This document shows positions 8,711 to 18,870 of a DNA stretch of 44,806 nucleotides, piece after piece. Position 1 is the first letter of the stretch, and the number at the start of each line of letters is the position of its first letter. The stretch is taken from IMG/VR virus record IMGVR_UViG_3300020045_008475, positions 1 through 44,806 of that record. One strand, 5' to 3'. The translations under genes and the position numbers were made by a program. Source of the DNA: a virus (taxonomy: Duplodnaviria > Caudoviricetes). Below the pieces are notes generated by a model, which was not told where the DNA came from, did no database searches, and was given only the letters and a program-made list of their open reading frames with translations.

Positions 8711-11062
8711 ATGATCAATCCAATCGTTTCTATTTTTAAAGACGTACGACAGCCCAATAGCCCTTTTAATAAGTCGCTTTTATATTGTCTGGACCGAATA
8801 CGTGAGGGCAAGTCAAAAGATATGGTTGAGCAGTTGCGTAAAATGTCTGATGAGGATTATTTAAAAAACAAATCAAAATTGCCTGGATGTTGTTTCAACG
8901 GCAAGTTCACCAACAGGGCGGCATCTGGTTTGGTTGAGCACTCGGGTTTAATCATTTTGGATTTTGATAAGTTTAACACCACAGAGGACGCAACTATTTT
9001 TAAGGATTCAATTACATCCGATGAGTTTGTTTTTTCGGCTTGGATTTCACCATCTGCAAAAGGCGTTAAGGTTTTGGTTAAAATTCCTGCCGTTGCCAAA
9101 AATCACAAAGCATATTTCGAGGCGTTAGAAAAGTATTACAATTCAAATAACTGGGACGAATCAGGAAAGGATGTTTCTCGTTTTTGTTTTGAATCATACG
9201 ACCCTGATATTTATATCAATCAGGAATCAAGTGTATGGATTGAAATGGAAGAGCCAAACATTGAGGACATAGGCACCAATACTCCAATTGTTGCAATGAA
9301 ATCAGAAAATCAGATCATCCAAAATTTGCTCACTTGGTGGGGCAAAAAATACGGAATGACGATTGGTAAAAAAAATACAAACCTTTATATTTTGGCATCG
9401 GCATTTTTTGATTTTGGAATATCAAAAAGTGATGCGCTACACGAGTGTTTAAAATTCGATTCAGGTGGAAAGCAAAAAGAAATTGAATCGATTGTTAAAA
9501 GTTCATATAAAAAGCCGTCTGGTTTTGGTTCAAAGTTTTTTGAGGACCATGACACAAAAGAAAAGGTTGAAAAGATGGTTAGGTCCGGTAAGTCAAAAAA
9601 AGAAATTGAGGCGACTTATAAAGATATTGACCTTAGTTCTTTAAAGGATAATCTTGATATTGATGAATTTTGGTATTATAACGATAAAGGAAAAATACTA
9701 CTTTCAACACATAAGTTTAAGTTCTGGCTAGAGCAAAAGAACTTCTTTAAATACTATCCGTCTGAAAACTCTGGCACATTTACCTTTATAAAAAAAGACC
9801 AGAACTTGCTTGAAGAAACGAATGACAAAAGGATAAAGGATTTCGTTTTGAACAACATTTTAGAACGCGAGAACGTTGGCTACGGACCATACGATTTTAT
9901 GGCGTCAAATACAGGTTACTTCAAGCCCGATTTTTTAAGTATGCTCTCTACTACCGATGTGAAAATAAAGGAAGACACCGCGACAGAGTGTTATTTGTAC
10001 TACAACAATTGTGTTGTCAAAATTACAAAGGATTCAATTGAAGAAATTGATTATATTGATGTTGACGGTTACATTTGGAAGCGGCAAATAATAAATCGAT
10101 CTTTCAATAAGTCGGATCATCATTCAGCAGAGTTTAGAAAATTTATTTGGCTTATTTCTGGAAAATCGGTTGATAAATACAATTCTTTTAAATCAGTTAT
10201 TGGCTACCTATTGCACTCGTTTAAAACCTCGGCAAATAACAAGGCTGTTATTTTTAACGATGAAACCATTTCCGAGAATCCAAACGGGGGCAGCGGAAAA
10301 GGTTTATTTTGGAATGCTTTGAAAAACATGAAAAAAGTAGCATCAATTGACGGTAAGACTTTCGAATTTACCAAATCATTTCCATATCAAACAGTATCAA
10401 CAGATACGCAGCTTTTGGTGTTTGATGATGTCAAGAAAAACTTTTCTTTTGAATCTTTGTTTAGTTTAATTACCGAGGGCATAACTTTGGAATACAAAGG
10501 TCAGGACGCAATATCAATCCCTGTTGAAAAGTCACCAAAGATATTGATAACCACAAATTATACATTGGGCGGGTTGGGCGGATCTCACGAGCGAAGAAAA
10601 TTCGAAGTTGAAATGTCCGCATACTTCAATTTCAAACACACACCACTGGATGAGTTTGGCCATATGCTTTTTTCAGACTGGACCAACGATGAGTGGTTAC
10701 GTTTCGACAACTATATGATTAATTGCGTTCAGTATTACCTTGAAAAGGGACTTGTTAAGCATAACTTCAATAATCTTGAGGTCCGTAAGTTTATAAAGGA
10801 AACATCATTCGAGTTTTATGAATGGTCCTCAGATTTGGAAAACGTACCAATGAATGTTAGGTTAGATAAGTCTGAGTTGTTTGTAAAATTCATTAATGAT
10901 TTTCAAGATTTTAAAAAATGGCTGTCCCAAAAGAAGTTTACTCAGTGGATGGAGAACTTTGGCAAATATTATAAACACGATACACAAACAGGCAGGACCC
11001 ACTCAATGCGTTGGATTAGCTTTGGACCAACTGCTGATGACGATAATGATATTCCTTTTTAA
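8711..11062 (+). CDS. Primase-helicase (BT4734/VirE N-terminal-like domain, PriCT-like region, SF3-type P-loop domain)
   Basis: KSKLPGCCFNGKF, ILDFDK, ISPSAKGVK, DVSRFCFESYDP; NGGSGKG Walker A, VFDDV, ITTN. Confidence 0.88.
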   Translation: MINPIVSIFKDVRQPNSPFNKSLLYCLDRIREGKSKDMVEQLRKMSDEDYLKNKSKLPGCCFNGKFTNRAASGLVEHSGLIILDFDKFNTTEDATIFKDSITSDEFVFSAWISPSAKGVKVLVKIPAVAKNHKAYFEALEKYYNSNNWDESGKDVSRFCFESYDPDIYINQESSVWIEMEEPNIEDIGTNTPIVAMKSENQIIQNLLTWWGKKYGMTIGKKNTNLYILASAFFDFGISKSDALHECLKFDSGGKQKEIESIVKSSYKKPSGFGSKFFEDHDTKEKVEKMVRSGKSKKEIEATYKDIDLSSLKDNLDIDEFWYYNDKGKILLSTHKFKFWLEQKNFFKYYPSENSGTFTFIKKDQNLLEETNDKRIKDFVLNNILERENVGYGPYDFMASNTGYFKPDFLSMLSTTDVKIKEDTATECYLYYNNCVVKITKDSIEEIDYIDVDGYIWKRQIINRSFNKSDHHSAEFRKFIWLISGKSVDKYNSFKSVIGYLLHSFKTSANNKAVIFNDETISENPNGGSGKGLFWNALKNMKKVASIDGKTFEFTKSFPYQTVSTDTQLLVFDDVKKNFSFESLFSLITEGITLEYKGQDAISIPVEKSPKILITTNYTLGGLGGSHERRKFEVEMSAYFNFKHTPLDEFGHMLFSDWTNDEWLRFDNYMINCVQYYLEKGLVKHNFNNLEVRKFIKETSFEFYEWSSDLENVPMNVRLDKSELFVKFINDFQDFKKWLSQKKFTQWMENFGKYYKHDTQTGRTHSMRWISFGPTADDDNDIPF

Positions 11063-11064
11063 TT

Positions 11065-11373
11065 ATGACTGAGCACTTATTACAAGCCGAATGCATTTGT
11101 GTATTTAGAAATGAAATTGAACGATATGGAAAAGGCGTTATCATACCAGTTCTTAATGAATTGGCTGCAAAAAGAAAGGACATAATTGTTTGCCTGGGTG
11201 CTTCAGACCTGATAACAATTACCGATGTTGTCCGATTCAATGAACTGAAAGTTGGTTATAACTCACAATCAGCGGTTCAGATTAAATTTGAAAAATTAGT
11301 AACATCATTGGGATATGAATACAATGTGGTCCGTTCAATAGAACAGTTTAAAAAAATACATAACATACCATGA
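11065..11373 (+). CDS. VRR-NUC nuclease (PD-(D/E)XK)
   Basis: TEHLLQ, GASDL, FNELK, QSAVQ, VVRS motifs. Confidence 0.85.
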   Translation: MTEHLLQAECICVFRNEIERYGKGVIIPVLNELAAKRKDIIVCLGASDLITITDVVRFNELKVGYNSQSAVQIKFEKLVTSLGYEYNVVRSIEQFKKIHNIP

Positions 11374-11585
11374 CCCCACTAAAAACAGCCCAACGCCTCC
11401 ACAATTCCCAACCCATACCAACCAACGCTGTAATCTACAAACGCAACGGCAGGGAGTTCTATGTATCGGGACTGTCAATGAGCAACGTACGGATCAGGTA
11501 TCTCGACAATATGGAGTTTGAAAGCCTTTCATGGAATGAGGGGAGTATGTATAAGCCGTTTTGTGTTGAACCGATAAAAAAATAG
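11370..11585 (+). CDS. Hypothetical protein
   Basis: ATGA-coupled 71-aa ORF. Confidence 0.6.
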   Translation: MTPLKTAQRLHNSQPIPTNAVIYKRNGREFYVSGLSMSNVRIRYLDNMEFESLSWNEGSMYKPFCVEPIKK

Positions 11586-11588
11586 ATT

Positions 11589-12521
11589 ATGATAAACCAA
11601 GTACACAACATTAATTTTTTAGATAACGAATTGCCAGACAAATGCGCACAATTGATTATTGCAGACCCGCCATACTTTGAAGTGAAGGGTGACTTTGATT
11701 TCATTTGGAAAACATTTGATGATTACCTAATAGACGTTGAAAAATGGGCGATTGAATGCAAAAGGATATTTGCTGACAACGGCACTTTGTTTTGGTGGGG
11801 GGATAAAAAGAAAATAGCATATTCTCAAATTATCATGGACAAATATTTTGAGCTAGAAAACTCTTTGGTTTGGCGTAAAAAAGATTCAATGCAGTATCAA
11901 TACTATAGCCCAGATTTAGCCAGAACTTTCAATACACACAATGAGAGATTGTTGATGTATTCAACCAACACACAAATCGAAGAATTAAATTCATTCTCAA
12001 AATATTTGAAATCAGAATTTATATCGGCTAAAGTTTCAAATAAAGAAATTTCAAAATTGTTTCCTTCTGTCACTGGAGGCTTAACCGGGTGCGTTTCTAA
12101 TTGGTTAAATGGTGATAACATAATAACCGAATCTCAATATTTAAAAATTAGAGAATATTTAAAATTCAATTATTTACATCGTGATTATAAAGACCTTCGG
12201 AATGAATATGAGATTGAAAGACGATTCTTTTACAACACGAACAAGTTTGAAGAGGTTCTTGAGTTTTCGCAAGAGGGTCACATTACAGGAAAATACGACC
12301 ACGATACCTGCAAACCCGAAAAGCTAACACGCGCACTAATACAAACCTGCTCACGACCAAATGACCTTGTTGTTGTTCCATTCGCAGGAAGCGGAACAGA
12401 GTGCGCAATGGCGGTAAAGGAGGGTAGGCGGTTCGTCGGGTTTGATATCGAGTCAAAGTATGTGGATATGGCAAACCAGCGATGCAGCAGAATAATCAAT
12501 GCACCAACTTTATTTCAATAA
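11589..12521 (+). CDS. Orphan N4-cytosine/N6-adenine DNA methyltransferase (beta class) with HTH-like insert
   Basis: ADPPY catalytic motif, HDTCKPEKL, VVPFAGSGT SAM motif, GFDIE. Confidence 0.92.
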   Translation: MINQVHNINFLDNELPDKCAQLIIADPPYFEVKGDFDFIWKTFDDYLIDVEKWAIECKRIFADNGTLFWWGDKKKIAYSQIIMDKYFELENSLVWRKKDSMQYQYYSPDLARTFNTHNERLLMYSTNTQIEELNSFSKYLKSEFISAKVSNKEISKLFPSVTGGLTGCVSNWLNGDNIITESQYLKIREYLKFNYLHRDYKDLRNEYEIERRFFYNTNKFEEVLEFSQEGHITGKYDHDTCKPEKLTRALIQTCSRPNDLVVVPFAGSGTECAMAVKEGRRFVGFDIESKYVDMANQRCSRIINAPTLFQ

Positions 12522-12548
12522 TCCTTGCACAATAAACAATTAATTCAT

Positions 12549-12570
12549 TACTTTTGCGGGTATGGCTTAA
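12549..12570 (+). promoter_or_regulatory. Late promoter with ATG-GCT-TAA mini-ORF
   Basis: TACTTTTG 12549-12556 with TTG near 12526; ATG GCT TAA at 12562-12570. Confidence 0.55.
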
Positions 12571-12888
12571 TTGAATAATCAAATTATTTCAATATTGGAA
12601 GATCAAAGAAAATCAAACGGGGGTGCAAGGGCAGGGGCTGGACGAAAGCCAAAAGCAGACGAGATAGCACTTATTGAAACCATGGATGCCATACTTGCAC
12701 CAAAGATAGTTTGGGAAAACCTATCAAAACTCGTAAAATCAGAAGACCATAATGCAATAAAGACATGGCTGTCGTATCGTTTCGGAATGCCTAAGCAACA
12801 AATAGCCCACTCTGGATATATTGCCCCATCCGAAGCGCCTATAACCCCAGAGCAAGCAAGATCCATACTGAAAGAGCTTGAAGAATGA
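12571..12888 (+). CDS. Terminase small subunit-like protein (start may be TTG 12595)
   Basis: NGGARAGAGRKPK motif; overlaps terminase large subunit start. Confidence 0.7.
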   Translation: MNNQIISILEDQRKSNGGARAGAGRKPKADEIALIETMDAILAPKIVWENLSKLVKSEDHNAIKTWLSYRFGMPKQQIAHSGYIAPSEAPITPEQARSILKELEE

Positions 12889-14330
12889 CGGAACGTGAAC
12901 TAATAAGGCTTAAACTTATATCGAGTTCTTTATTGTTTACAAAATACTTTTTTAAGGAACGCTTTAAAAGGGGATTTGTAGTAAATCACCATCACAAAAC
13001 TATTTGCGACACTTTGGATAAGGTTTTTTCTGGTGAGATAAAACGACTTGCCATTGCCATTGCCCCGCGTTACGGAAAAACCGAACTTGCAGTAAAGAAT
13101 TTTATTGCAATGGGCTTGGCAATAAATCCTGCGTCAAAATTCATTCATTTATCTTATTCTCAGTCATTGGCGTTAGACAACTCTGAGGAAGTGAGGGATT
13201 TTATAAAAGAAACCGAATACCAAAGGTTGTTTCCGTGGGTGCAAATGGACAAAAGCAGTACCGCAAAAAACAAGTGGTACACATCCGATGGCGGCGGCAT
13301 TTACGCAACAGCCACGGGAGGGCAAATAACGGGTTTTGGAGCTGGAGAGGTTGATGAGGATGATTTTGACGAGTTTACCATTGATGACAACAACAAGTTT
13401 TCGGGAGCAATCATAATCGATGACGCATTGAAACCTGATGATGCAGATTCAGAGGTTAAAAGGGAGCGTGTAAACCAACGTTTTGAAAATACAATAAGAA
13501 GCCGCACAAACAGTCGAAACACCCCAATTATTGTTATTGGGCAAAGGCTACATGAAAATGACCTGATTGGTTATTTGCAGGCAAACGAGGCTGAGGAATG
13601 GACGTTCATAAATCTCCCTTGCATTGAGGTAGACGAACTTGGCAACGAGACTGCGCTGTGGGAGTTCAAGCAAACACTGTTAGAGCTTCAAAAAATACGC
13701 GCGGCAGATGAGCGTGTCTTTGAAACACAGTACCAACAATCGCCAAGCGATGTAAAAGGCAAGTTGCTCCCAATATCTTCTTTGCGATTTGCAGACCTGT
13801 CAAACATACCAACAGAAAACGTTGTTTACAAGTTCGCGGTTGGTGATCCGGCAGACAAAGGGGGTGATTGTTTCAGCGTTCCAATGATGCATGTGGCAAT
13901 AATCGACAATCAATTATGTGTATTCGTAAAAGACGTGATACACACAAAGGACGGCATTGAGGTTGTGAACGAAAGGTTGATTGAAAAAAGCAGGCTCAAT
14001 CACCTTGAGGACATTTACCTTGAGGTTAACGGTGTGGGGACTGCCGCATATCTGTTGCTTAAGCGGGACTTGGCAAACCACGCAACCGTAAAGCCATTCA
14101 CCGTATCAATACCAAAGGAAACGCGTATATTGAGCCATTACGAGTTTGTGGCAAAATACTTCATCTTTGACCAGGATTACAAATCAAAGCCCGAATACCT
14201 TAAATTCATCAACCACGTAACCACTTATGAGAAGGAAGGCGACAACAAGAACAAGAAGGACGGCATTGATGGCCTTTGCAGTGCAGCAAATATAATGAAG
14301 ATTAAATACGCCAAAATGCTGTACGGTTAA
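12885..14330 (+). CDS. terL: Terminase large subunit
   Basis: APRYGKT Walker A, ITGFGAG, IIIDD Walker B, QRLHENDL, QYQQSP, C-terminal nuclease Asp residues. Confidence 0.95.
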   Translation: MTERELIRLKLISSSLLFTKYFFKERFKRGFVVNHHHKTICDTLDKVFSGEIKRLAIAIAPRYGKTELAVKNFIAMGLAINPASKFIHLSYSQSLALDNSEEVRDFIKETEYQRLFPWVQMDKSSTAKNKWYTSDGGGIYATATGGQITGFGAGEVDEDDFDEFTIDDNNKFSGAIIIDDALKPDDADSEVKRERVNQRFENTIRSRTNSRNTPIIVIGQRLHENDLIGYLQANEAEEWTFINLPCIEVDELGNETALWEFKQTLLELQKIRAADERVFETQYQQSPSDVKGKLLPISSLRFADLSNIPTENVVYKFAVGDPADKGGDCFSVPMMHVAIIDNQLCVFVKDVIHTKDGIEVVNERLIEKSRLNHLEDIYLEVNGVGTAAYLLLKRDLANHATVKPFTVSIPKETRILSHYEFVAKYFIFDQDYKSKPEYLKFINHVTTYEKEGDNKNKKDGIDGLCSAANIMKIKYAKMLYG

Positions 14331-14371
14331 AAATAAATCGTATGCTTTAACGTTTAGTTAAAAGTAATTTA

Positions 14372-14466
14372 TATATTTGCGATTGAATACACGCCAAAAT
14401 GCCAGATACATACCAAAGGAATATTAACAAAGCCCATTCTTGCACACGTGCCAGAGGGGCTTTTTT
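14372..14466 (+). promoter_or_regulatory. Promoter + leader hairpin upstream of portal
   Basis: TATATTTG 14372-14379; AAAGCCC...GGGCTTT hairpin followed by T-run. Confidence 0.55.
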
Positions 14467-14478
14467 ACTTTTGTATTA

Positions 14479-15738
14479 ATGGCTTTTTGGAATAGAGGCA
14501 AGGAAAAGGTAAAAAGTCCAACTGGATTTGCAGAGCAGGACAATGACGGGGCTTGGTTCCAGTATTTCAACCAATACTTACGTTCTTTAGGTAATGACAA
14601 GTTGCTACGATACAGCGAAACAAACCCTTACGAGCTTGCCTGCAACCTTGCGGAGGTGTTTATACCAATCGATGCAATCGCGGACAGGGCTGCCTCAATA
14701 AGCTATAAGCTTGTCACACAGTCAACGGATGAGGAATACATCCCGACAGGCAACCTAAAAAAGCTAATTGACAAGCCAAACCCTTTCGATTCGCTAGGGG
14801 ATTTGGTTTATAAGGATGTTTTTTCAAAGTATTCCGATGGGAACGGGTATTTGTACACCAAAACACCCAAAAGTATCGTTAACCCAACAATTGACAACAT
14901 AAGCAATATATGGGTATTGCAACCGAACGTTACAAGCCCAGTGTTTTACAAGACAATACCAAACCCGTTCCTCATCAAGAACAAGGAGGAATTGATTGAA
15001 TATTACAAGACGTTCTTTCTATACAAGCACGAGATTGACCCAAGATACATCACACAAAGCACGGTATTGGGTTTGGATCAGAATGGCAAGGGAATAAGCC
15101 CATTAAGCAGGGTAAGCCGAAACATTGACAATATCCTTGCGGTATATCAGGCACGTTACAATGTCTACGCAAAGAACGGCAACGGTGGCATATTGACAAA
15201 AGCACCATCCGCGGCAAGCAACAACTTGCAGGAAGCCATTGACCCGACAACCCGAGATGCAATGCTAAGCGATTTGCAGTCAAGGAACGGCATAACGGGC
15301 GACAAGAATTTTATTGGAATATCAGCTATTCCAATGCAGTTCATTAAGACGCTCGGGACAATACAGGAGTTGCAGCCATTCGAGGAAACGGAAGCCAATG
15401 CGGTTGCAATCGCTGGCATATTTGGGGTTGACCCAGAGCTTATACCGAGAAAGGGCAGTTCAACGTTTACCAACAAGAATGATGCTGAAAAGGCATTGTG
15501 GCAAAATGTGGTAAAACAGGTTTGCGAATCGGAAGCCGCGTTATTGACAAAGGCATTTTATTTGCCAGAGGGCGTTGTTTTCAAGCCTGATTTCTCAACA
15601 GTTGAGGTATTGCAGGAAGACAAGAAGACCGCTTACGAAAGTGACGGATTGTTTCTGGACAACCTTGCAAAAATGACAGATGCGGGAATTGACGTGAAAC
15701 AGGCATACACAAATTTACAAGACAAGTACAATGGATAA
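14479..15738 (+). CDS. Portal protein (HK97-like)
   Basis: KPNPF, DGNGY, GISPL, IAGIFGVDPELI motifs; follows terL. Confidence 0.9.
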   Translation: MAFWNRGKEKVKSPTGFAEQDNDGAWFQYFNQYLRSLGNDKLLRYSETNPYELACNLAEVFIPIDAIADRAASISYKLVTQSTDEEYIPTGNLKKLIDKPNPFDSLGDLVYKDVFSKYSDGNGYLYTKTPKSIVNPTIDNISNIWVLQPNVTSPVFYKTIPNPFLIKNKEELIEYYKTFFLYKHEIDPRYITQSTVLGLDQNGKGISPLSRVSRNIDNILAVYQARYNVYAKNGNGGILTKAPSAASNNLQEAIDPTTRDAMLSDLQSRNGITGDKNFIGISAIPMQFIKTLGTIQELQPFEETEANAVAIAGIFGVDPELIPRKGSSTFTNKNDAEKALWQNVVKQVCESEAALLTKAFYLPEGVVFKPDFSTVEVLQEDKKTAYESDGLFLDNLAKMTDAGIDVKQAYTNLQDKYNG

Positions 15739-15856
15739 TAAAGTAGAAGAAACCAAGTTAAATAAAGTTGCTGAAAAGACAACAAACAAGGCTTTGAAAA
15801 AATCCATAGCCGAAAAGATTGATAAAGTTAACGACAATAAAGACGTGCTGAAATGA
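15731..15856 (+). CDS. Small lysine-rich protein (41 aa, not in ORF track)
   Basis: MDNKVEETKLNKVAEK...; overlaps both neighbours. Confidence 0.6.
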   Translation: MDNKVEETKLNKVAEKTTNKALKKSIAEKIDKVNDNKDVLK

Positions 15857-16659
15857 TAAACTGTAAAGAACTTAATTCTAACTTTGAGACAAAAACAGAA
15901 ATGTTTGCGGCTTTGGTTAAGAACGAAAAAAACATTTTAGACCTTAAAAAAGCGTCTGTACAAAAGTCATGTGAAAAGGGGCAGCTTGGCACGTTCAATT
16001 TATTTAAGGTTACAGAAGAAACCAAAAGCCTTTTAGGTTTGAAAGACGGCTATTTTTACCCCGTTATCAACACCACAAAATATATGGACAGTCACGGTGA
16101 CGTTCATTTTGACGGTATTTGGAACAAGTCTTTAAAAGAGGTTAACGGCAGTATTTTTTACGTTGCGGATCACGAGCTGAAAACCACACACGTTATCGCT
16201 TGGCCTAAAGATGTTAACGCATATGTAAAAGAAGTGCCTTGGTCTTTCGTTGGTAAATCATACGAGGGGAACACACAGGCGTTGATTTATGAAATTCCAA
16301 AAGAAGCTATCAAACACGAGGCAGCAAAGGAAATCATCGAGCAAAAGCACCCAGTGCAAAACTCGGTTCGTATGCAGTACGTAAAGATTAGATTGGCAAT
16401 TGACGACAACGCCAAAGAATTTGCAGAACACAAGGCATACTTTGACAGTGTTGTAGACCAGATCGCAAATAAAGAACACGCCAAAGAGCAAGGTTATTTT
16501 TGGGGCATTGAGGAAGCAAAGATTTCAAAAGAAGGCAGTATGGTATTGTTTGGATCAAACGATGCAACGCCTATACAATATACAGAAGCCGGTTTGTCCA
16601 CTTCTGCAAAAGAAGAGCCGTTGAAAGACACTCCTAAAAAATCAGTAACATTTATTTAA
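15853..16659 (+). CDS. Putative prohead protease
   Basis: DSHGDV, ADHE, EGSMVLFGSN; lies between portal and capsid genes. Confidence 0.7.
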   Translation: MINCKELNSNFETKTEMFAALVKNEKNILDLKKASVQKSCEKGQLGTFNLFKVTEETKSLLGLKDGYFYPVINTTKYMDSHGDVHFDGIWNKSLKEVNGSIFYVADHELKTTHVIAWPKDVNAYVKEVPWSFVGKSYEGNTQALIYEIPKEAIKHEAAKEIIEQKHPVQNSVRMQYVKIRLAIDDNAKEFAEHKAYFDSVVDQIANKEHAKEQGYFWGIEEAKISKEGSMVLFGSNDATPIQYTEAGLSTSAKEEPLKDTPKKSVTFI

Positions 16660-16670
16660 AAACAAAAAAG

Positions 16671-17954
16671 ATGAACGGAAAAAACATCTCGCTAATTGAT
16701 GCGTTAAAAAAAGCAGGCGCAACAGTTGATGCAGACCAAGAGAAATTCCTTAACGCTTTGGACGAGGCGCTAAATGCGCGTCAAAAAGACAATGACGAAG
16801 CTTATTCGGTATCGTTGACAAAGGCGTTGGAAACAGTTTTGGGGGCTACTGAAAAAGATAAAGACGGCAACGTTGTGACTTTTGCAACCCAAATCAAGAA
16901 CATGGCAGAAGCCATTGAGAAAATGGAAGCTACAGGCAAAGACCTGATTTCTGAAAAGGAAAAATTCCAACTCAAAAAATACGTGCGCGAAAACCATACA
17001 GCAATCGTTGACGCAATCAAGAACGGTAAAGATTTGCCAGAATTCACATTCAACGCAATCAAAGCCGCCGCAATCTTTACAACCACTTCGGCTGTAACAA
17101 ACGGATCAGGTGTTACTTTGCCATTGGTGGAGAACTACCTTGTAGAGAACGACATCGCGCTTATCCGTTACCCCGAAAACTTCATTCTCGATGTGATCCC
17201 TAACAACCAAGTTGCAAAAGTTCCAAGCGAGGTTATCCGTGAAGAGCAAGCGACAGCAGAGGGCGCAGTTGCGGTTGTTGCAGAGGGTGGTACAAAACCG
17301 CTTACAAGCGACACTTTCATTCGTAACCGTACTTTGCGTAAAAAATACGCAGGTCGTATCGAGTGGACAGAGGAATTCGAAATAGATAACGAAATGTTGT
17401 TTTCTGCAATCGTAAGAATGTTTGAGGACAAAGTAATTCGCGCTTGGCAAAACGGCTTAATCGCCACAATCCAAACCAACGCCGTTGCTTACACATCATC
17501 TGTTTTTGACGGTACATTTGTTGCGCCTGATAATGGACTTGCGGTAGTTGCAGGCCAATCGGTAATCCAAGGTATGTACTTCACGCCAAACGTTGTGATT
17601 ATGAACCCGAGCGATATTTTTGCAGCCATGTTCACGCAAGACACAGAGGGCAACGCGCAAATCAAGCCGTACATGACCAACAATAACGGTTCTTACTCAA
17701 TCAACGGAATGAGAGTATTCTCTTCTTACTTGATCGCGCAGGGAACGGCTTTGGTAGGTGATTCAACCGTTTACCAAGAATGGCACTCAGGCTTTATTTT
17801 CCGCGTTGGAACTTATGGAACGCAATTCATCGAAAACAAGAAAACAGCCATTGGCGAGGTATTCACTTTGTTGCGTATCGCAAACAATGAGAAACCAGCT
17901 TGGATGGTTCTAGACCTTGAAGCAGTAAAAGCAGATTTAACCGTAGCACCATAA
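16671..17954 (+). CDS. Major capsid protein (HK97 fold, N-terminal scaffold-like region)
   Basis: VAEGGTKP, VVIMNPSD, INGMRV, ALVGD, FIENK motifs. Confidence 0.92.
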   Translation: MNGKNISLIDALKKAGATVDADQEKFLNALDEALNARQKDNDEAYSVSLTKALETVLGATEKDKDGNVVTFATQIKNMAEAIEKMEATGKDLISEKEKFQLKKYVRENHTAIVDAIKNGKDLPEFTFNAIKAAAIFTTTSAVTNGSGVTLPLVENYLVENDIALIRYPENFILDVIPNNQVAKVPSEVIREEQATAEGAVAVVAEGGTKPLTSDTFIRNRTLRKKYAGRIEWTEEFEIDNEMLFSAIVRMFEDKVIRAWQNGLIATIQTNAVAYTSSVFDGTFVAPDNGLAVVAGQSVIQGMYFTPNVVIMNPSDIFAAMFTQDTEGNAQIKPYMTNNNGSYSINGMRVFSSYLIAQGTALVGDSTVYQEWHSGFIFRVGTYGTQFIENKKTAIGEVFTLLRIANNEKPAWMVLDLEAVKADLTVAP

Positions 17955-17958
17955 TAAT

Positions 17959-18195
17959 ATGCCAGTATTTGACATCAAACAAAAGGAATCAGAAGAGGTA
18001 GCAAAAGCCACTTTTGACAAAAAGGAAGATTACAAGGTAGTTTTCCTGACAAACGACCCACAAAAGAAACCGCGTTTGCTTCACGTTATCCAAGCAGACA
18101 GGTTGATTAAAAACAAGAAAGCGGAAGCCATTAAGGACGCTAAACTTGAACTTAGGGAAGTTGAAACCGTAGTAACGCCAATCAAGGCAGAATAA
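17959..18195 (+). CDS. Hypothetical virion-associated protein
   Basis: Directly after capsid gene. Confidence 0.7.
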   Translation: MPVFDIKQKESEEVAKATFDKKEDYKVVFLTNDPQKKPRLLHVIQADRLIKNKKAEAIKDAKLELREVETVVTPIKAE

Positions 18196-18204
18196 ACCAA
18201 TTAA

Positions 18205-18870
18205 ATGCTAATCAACACGTCATACTTTCAAAACAAGTCGGTTTTTATCCCGAGCACTGTAACGCAGCCGAGCATTGGCAGTAACACGCCAACAGCGGCA
18301 GACAGTTTGCAACAGGAGATTGACCAACGAGAGTGTGAGGTGTTGGTAAAGGCATTGGGTTGGGTTCAATACGCTGAATTACTCGATCAGTTGGAGCAGG
18401 TTTCACCAAGCACCGATTGGACTGTAAAGCCCAGCGCGCCGCAAAAGTGGAAAGACCTTGTGAATGGTGTCACGTATGATGGCAAAAGGTGGAACGGGCT
18501 TAGGTACACGTTGGGGACAAATAAAATATCCCTAATTGCAAACTATGTCTATTTCTATTACTTGCAATCAGAATGGTATCAATACACGGCTACAGGCATT
18601 CAGGTCGCAGAGGCAGAAAATTCTGTCAGGCAATCACCAAACAATCAAATGGTCAAGGCGTGGAATTCGTTCATTGAAATGTACGGAGGCAATAACGACG
18701 GACGGGGGTATTCATTCTTCAACAATCGGAATGGATTCGGAATGCGTTGGGCTTTCGGCACAAACGAGAAGACGGACGTTTCGCTTTACCGCTTCCTAAG
18801 CGACAGATCAGGGGATTTTGACAATTCATTTTTCCAGCATTTGGGGATGATAAATATCTACAACCTGTGA
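18205..18870 (+). CDS. Putative head-tail adaptor
   Basis: Position and size; LIANYVYFYY helix. Confidence 0.6.
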   Translation: MLINTSYFQNKSVFIPSTVTQPSIGSNTPTAADSLQQEIDQRECEVLVKALGWVQYAELLDQLEQVSPSTDWTVKPSAPQKWKDLVNGVTYDGKRWNGLRYTLGTNKISLIANYVYFYYLQSEWYQYTATGIQVAEAENSVRQSPNNQMVKAWNSFIEMYGGNNDGRGYSFFNNRNGFGMRWAFGTNEKTDVSLYRFLSDRSGDFDNSFFQHLGMINIYNL

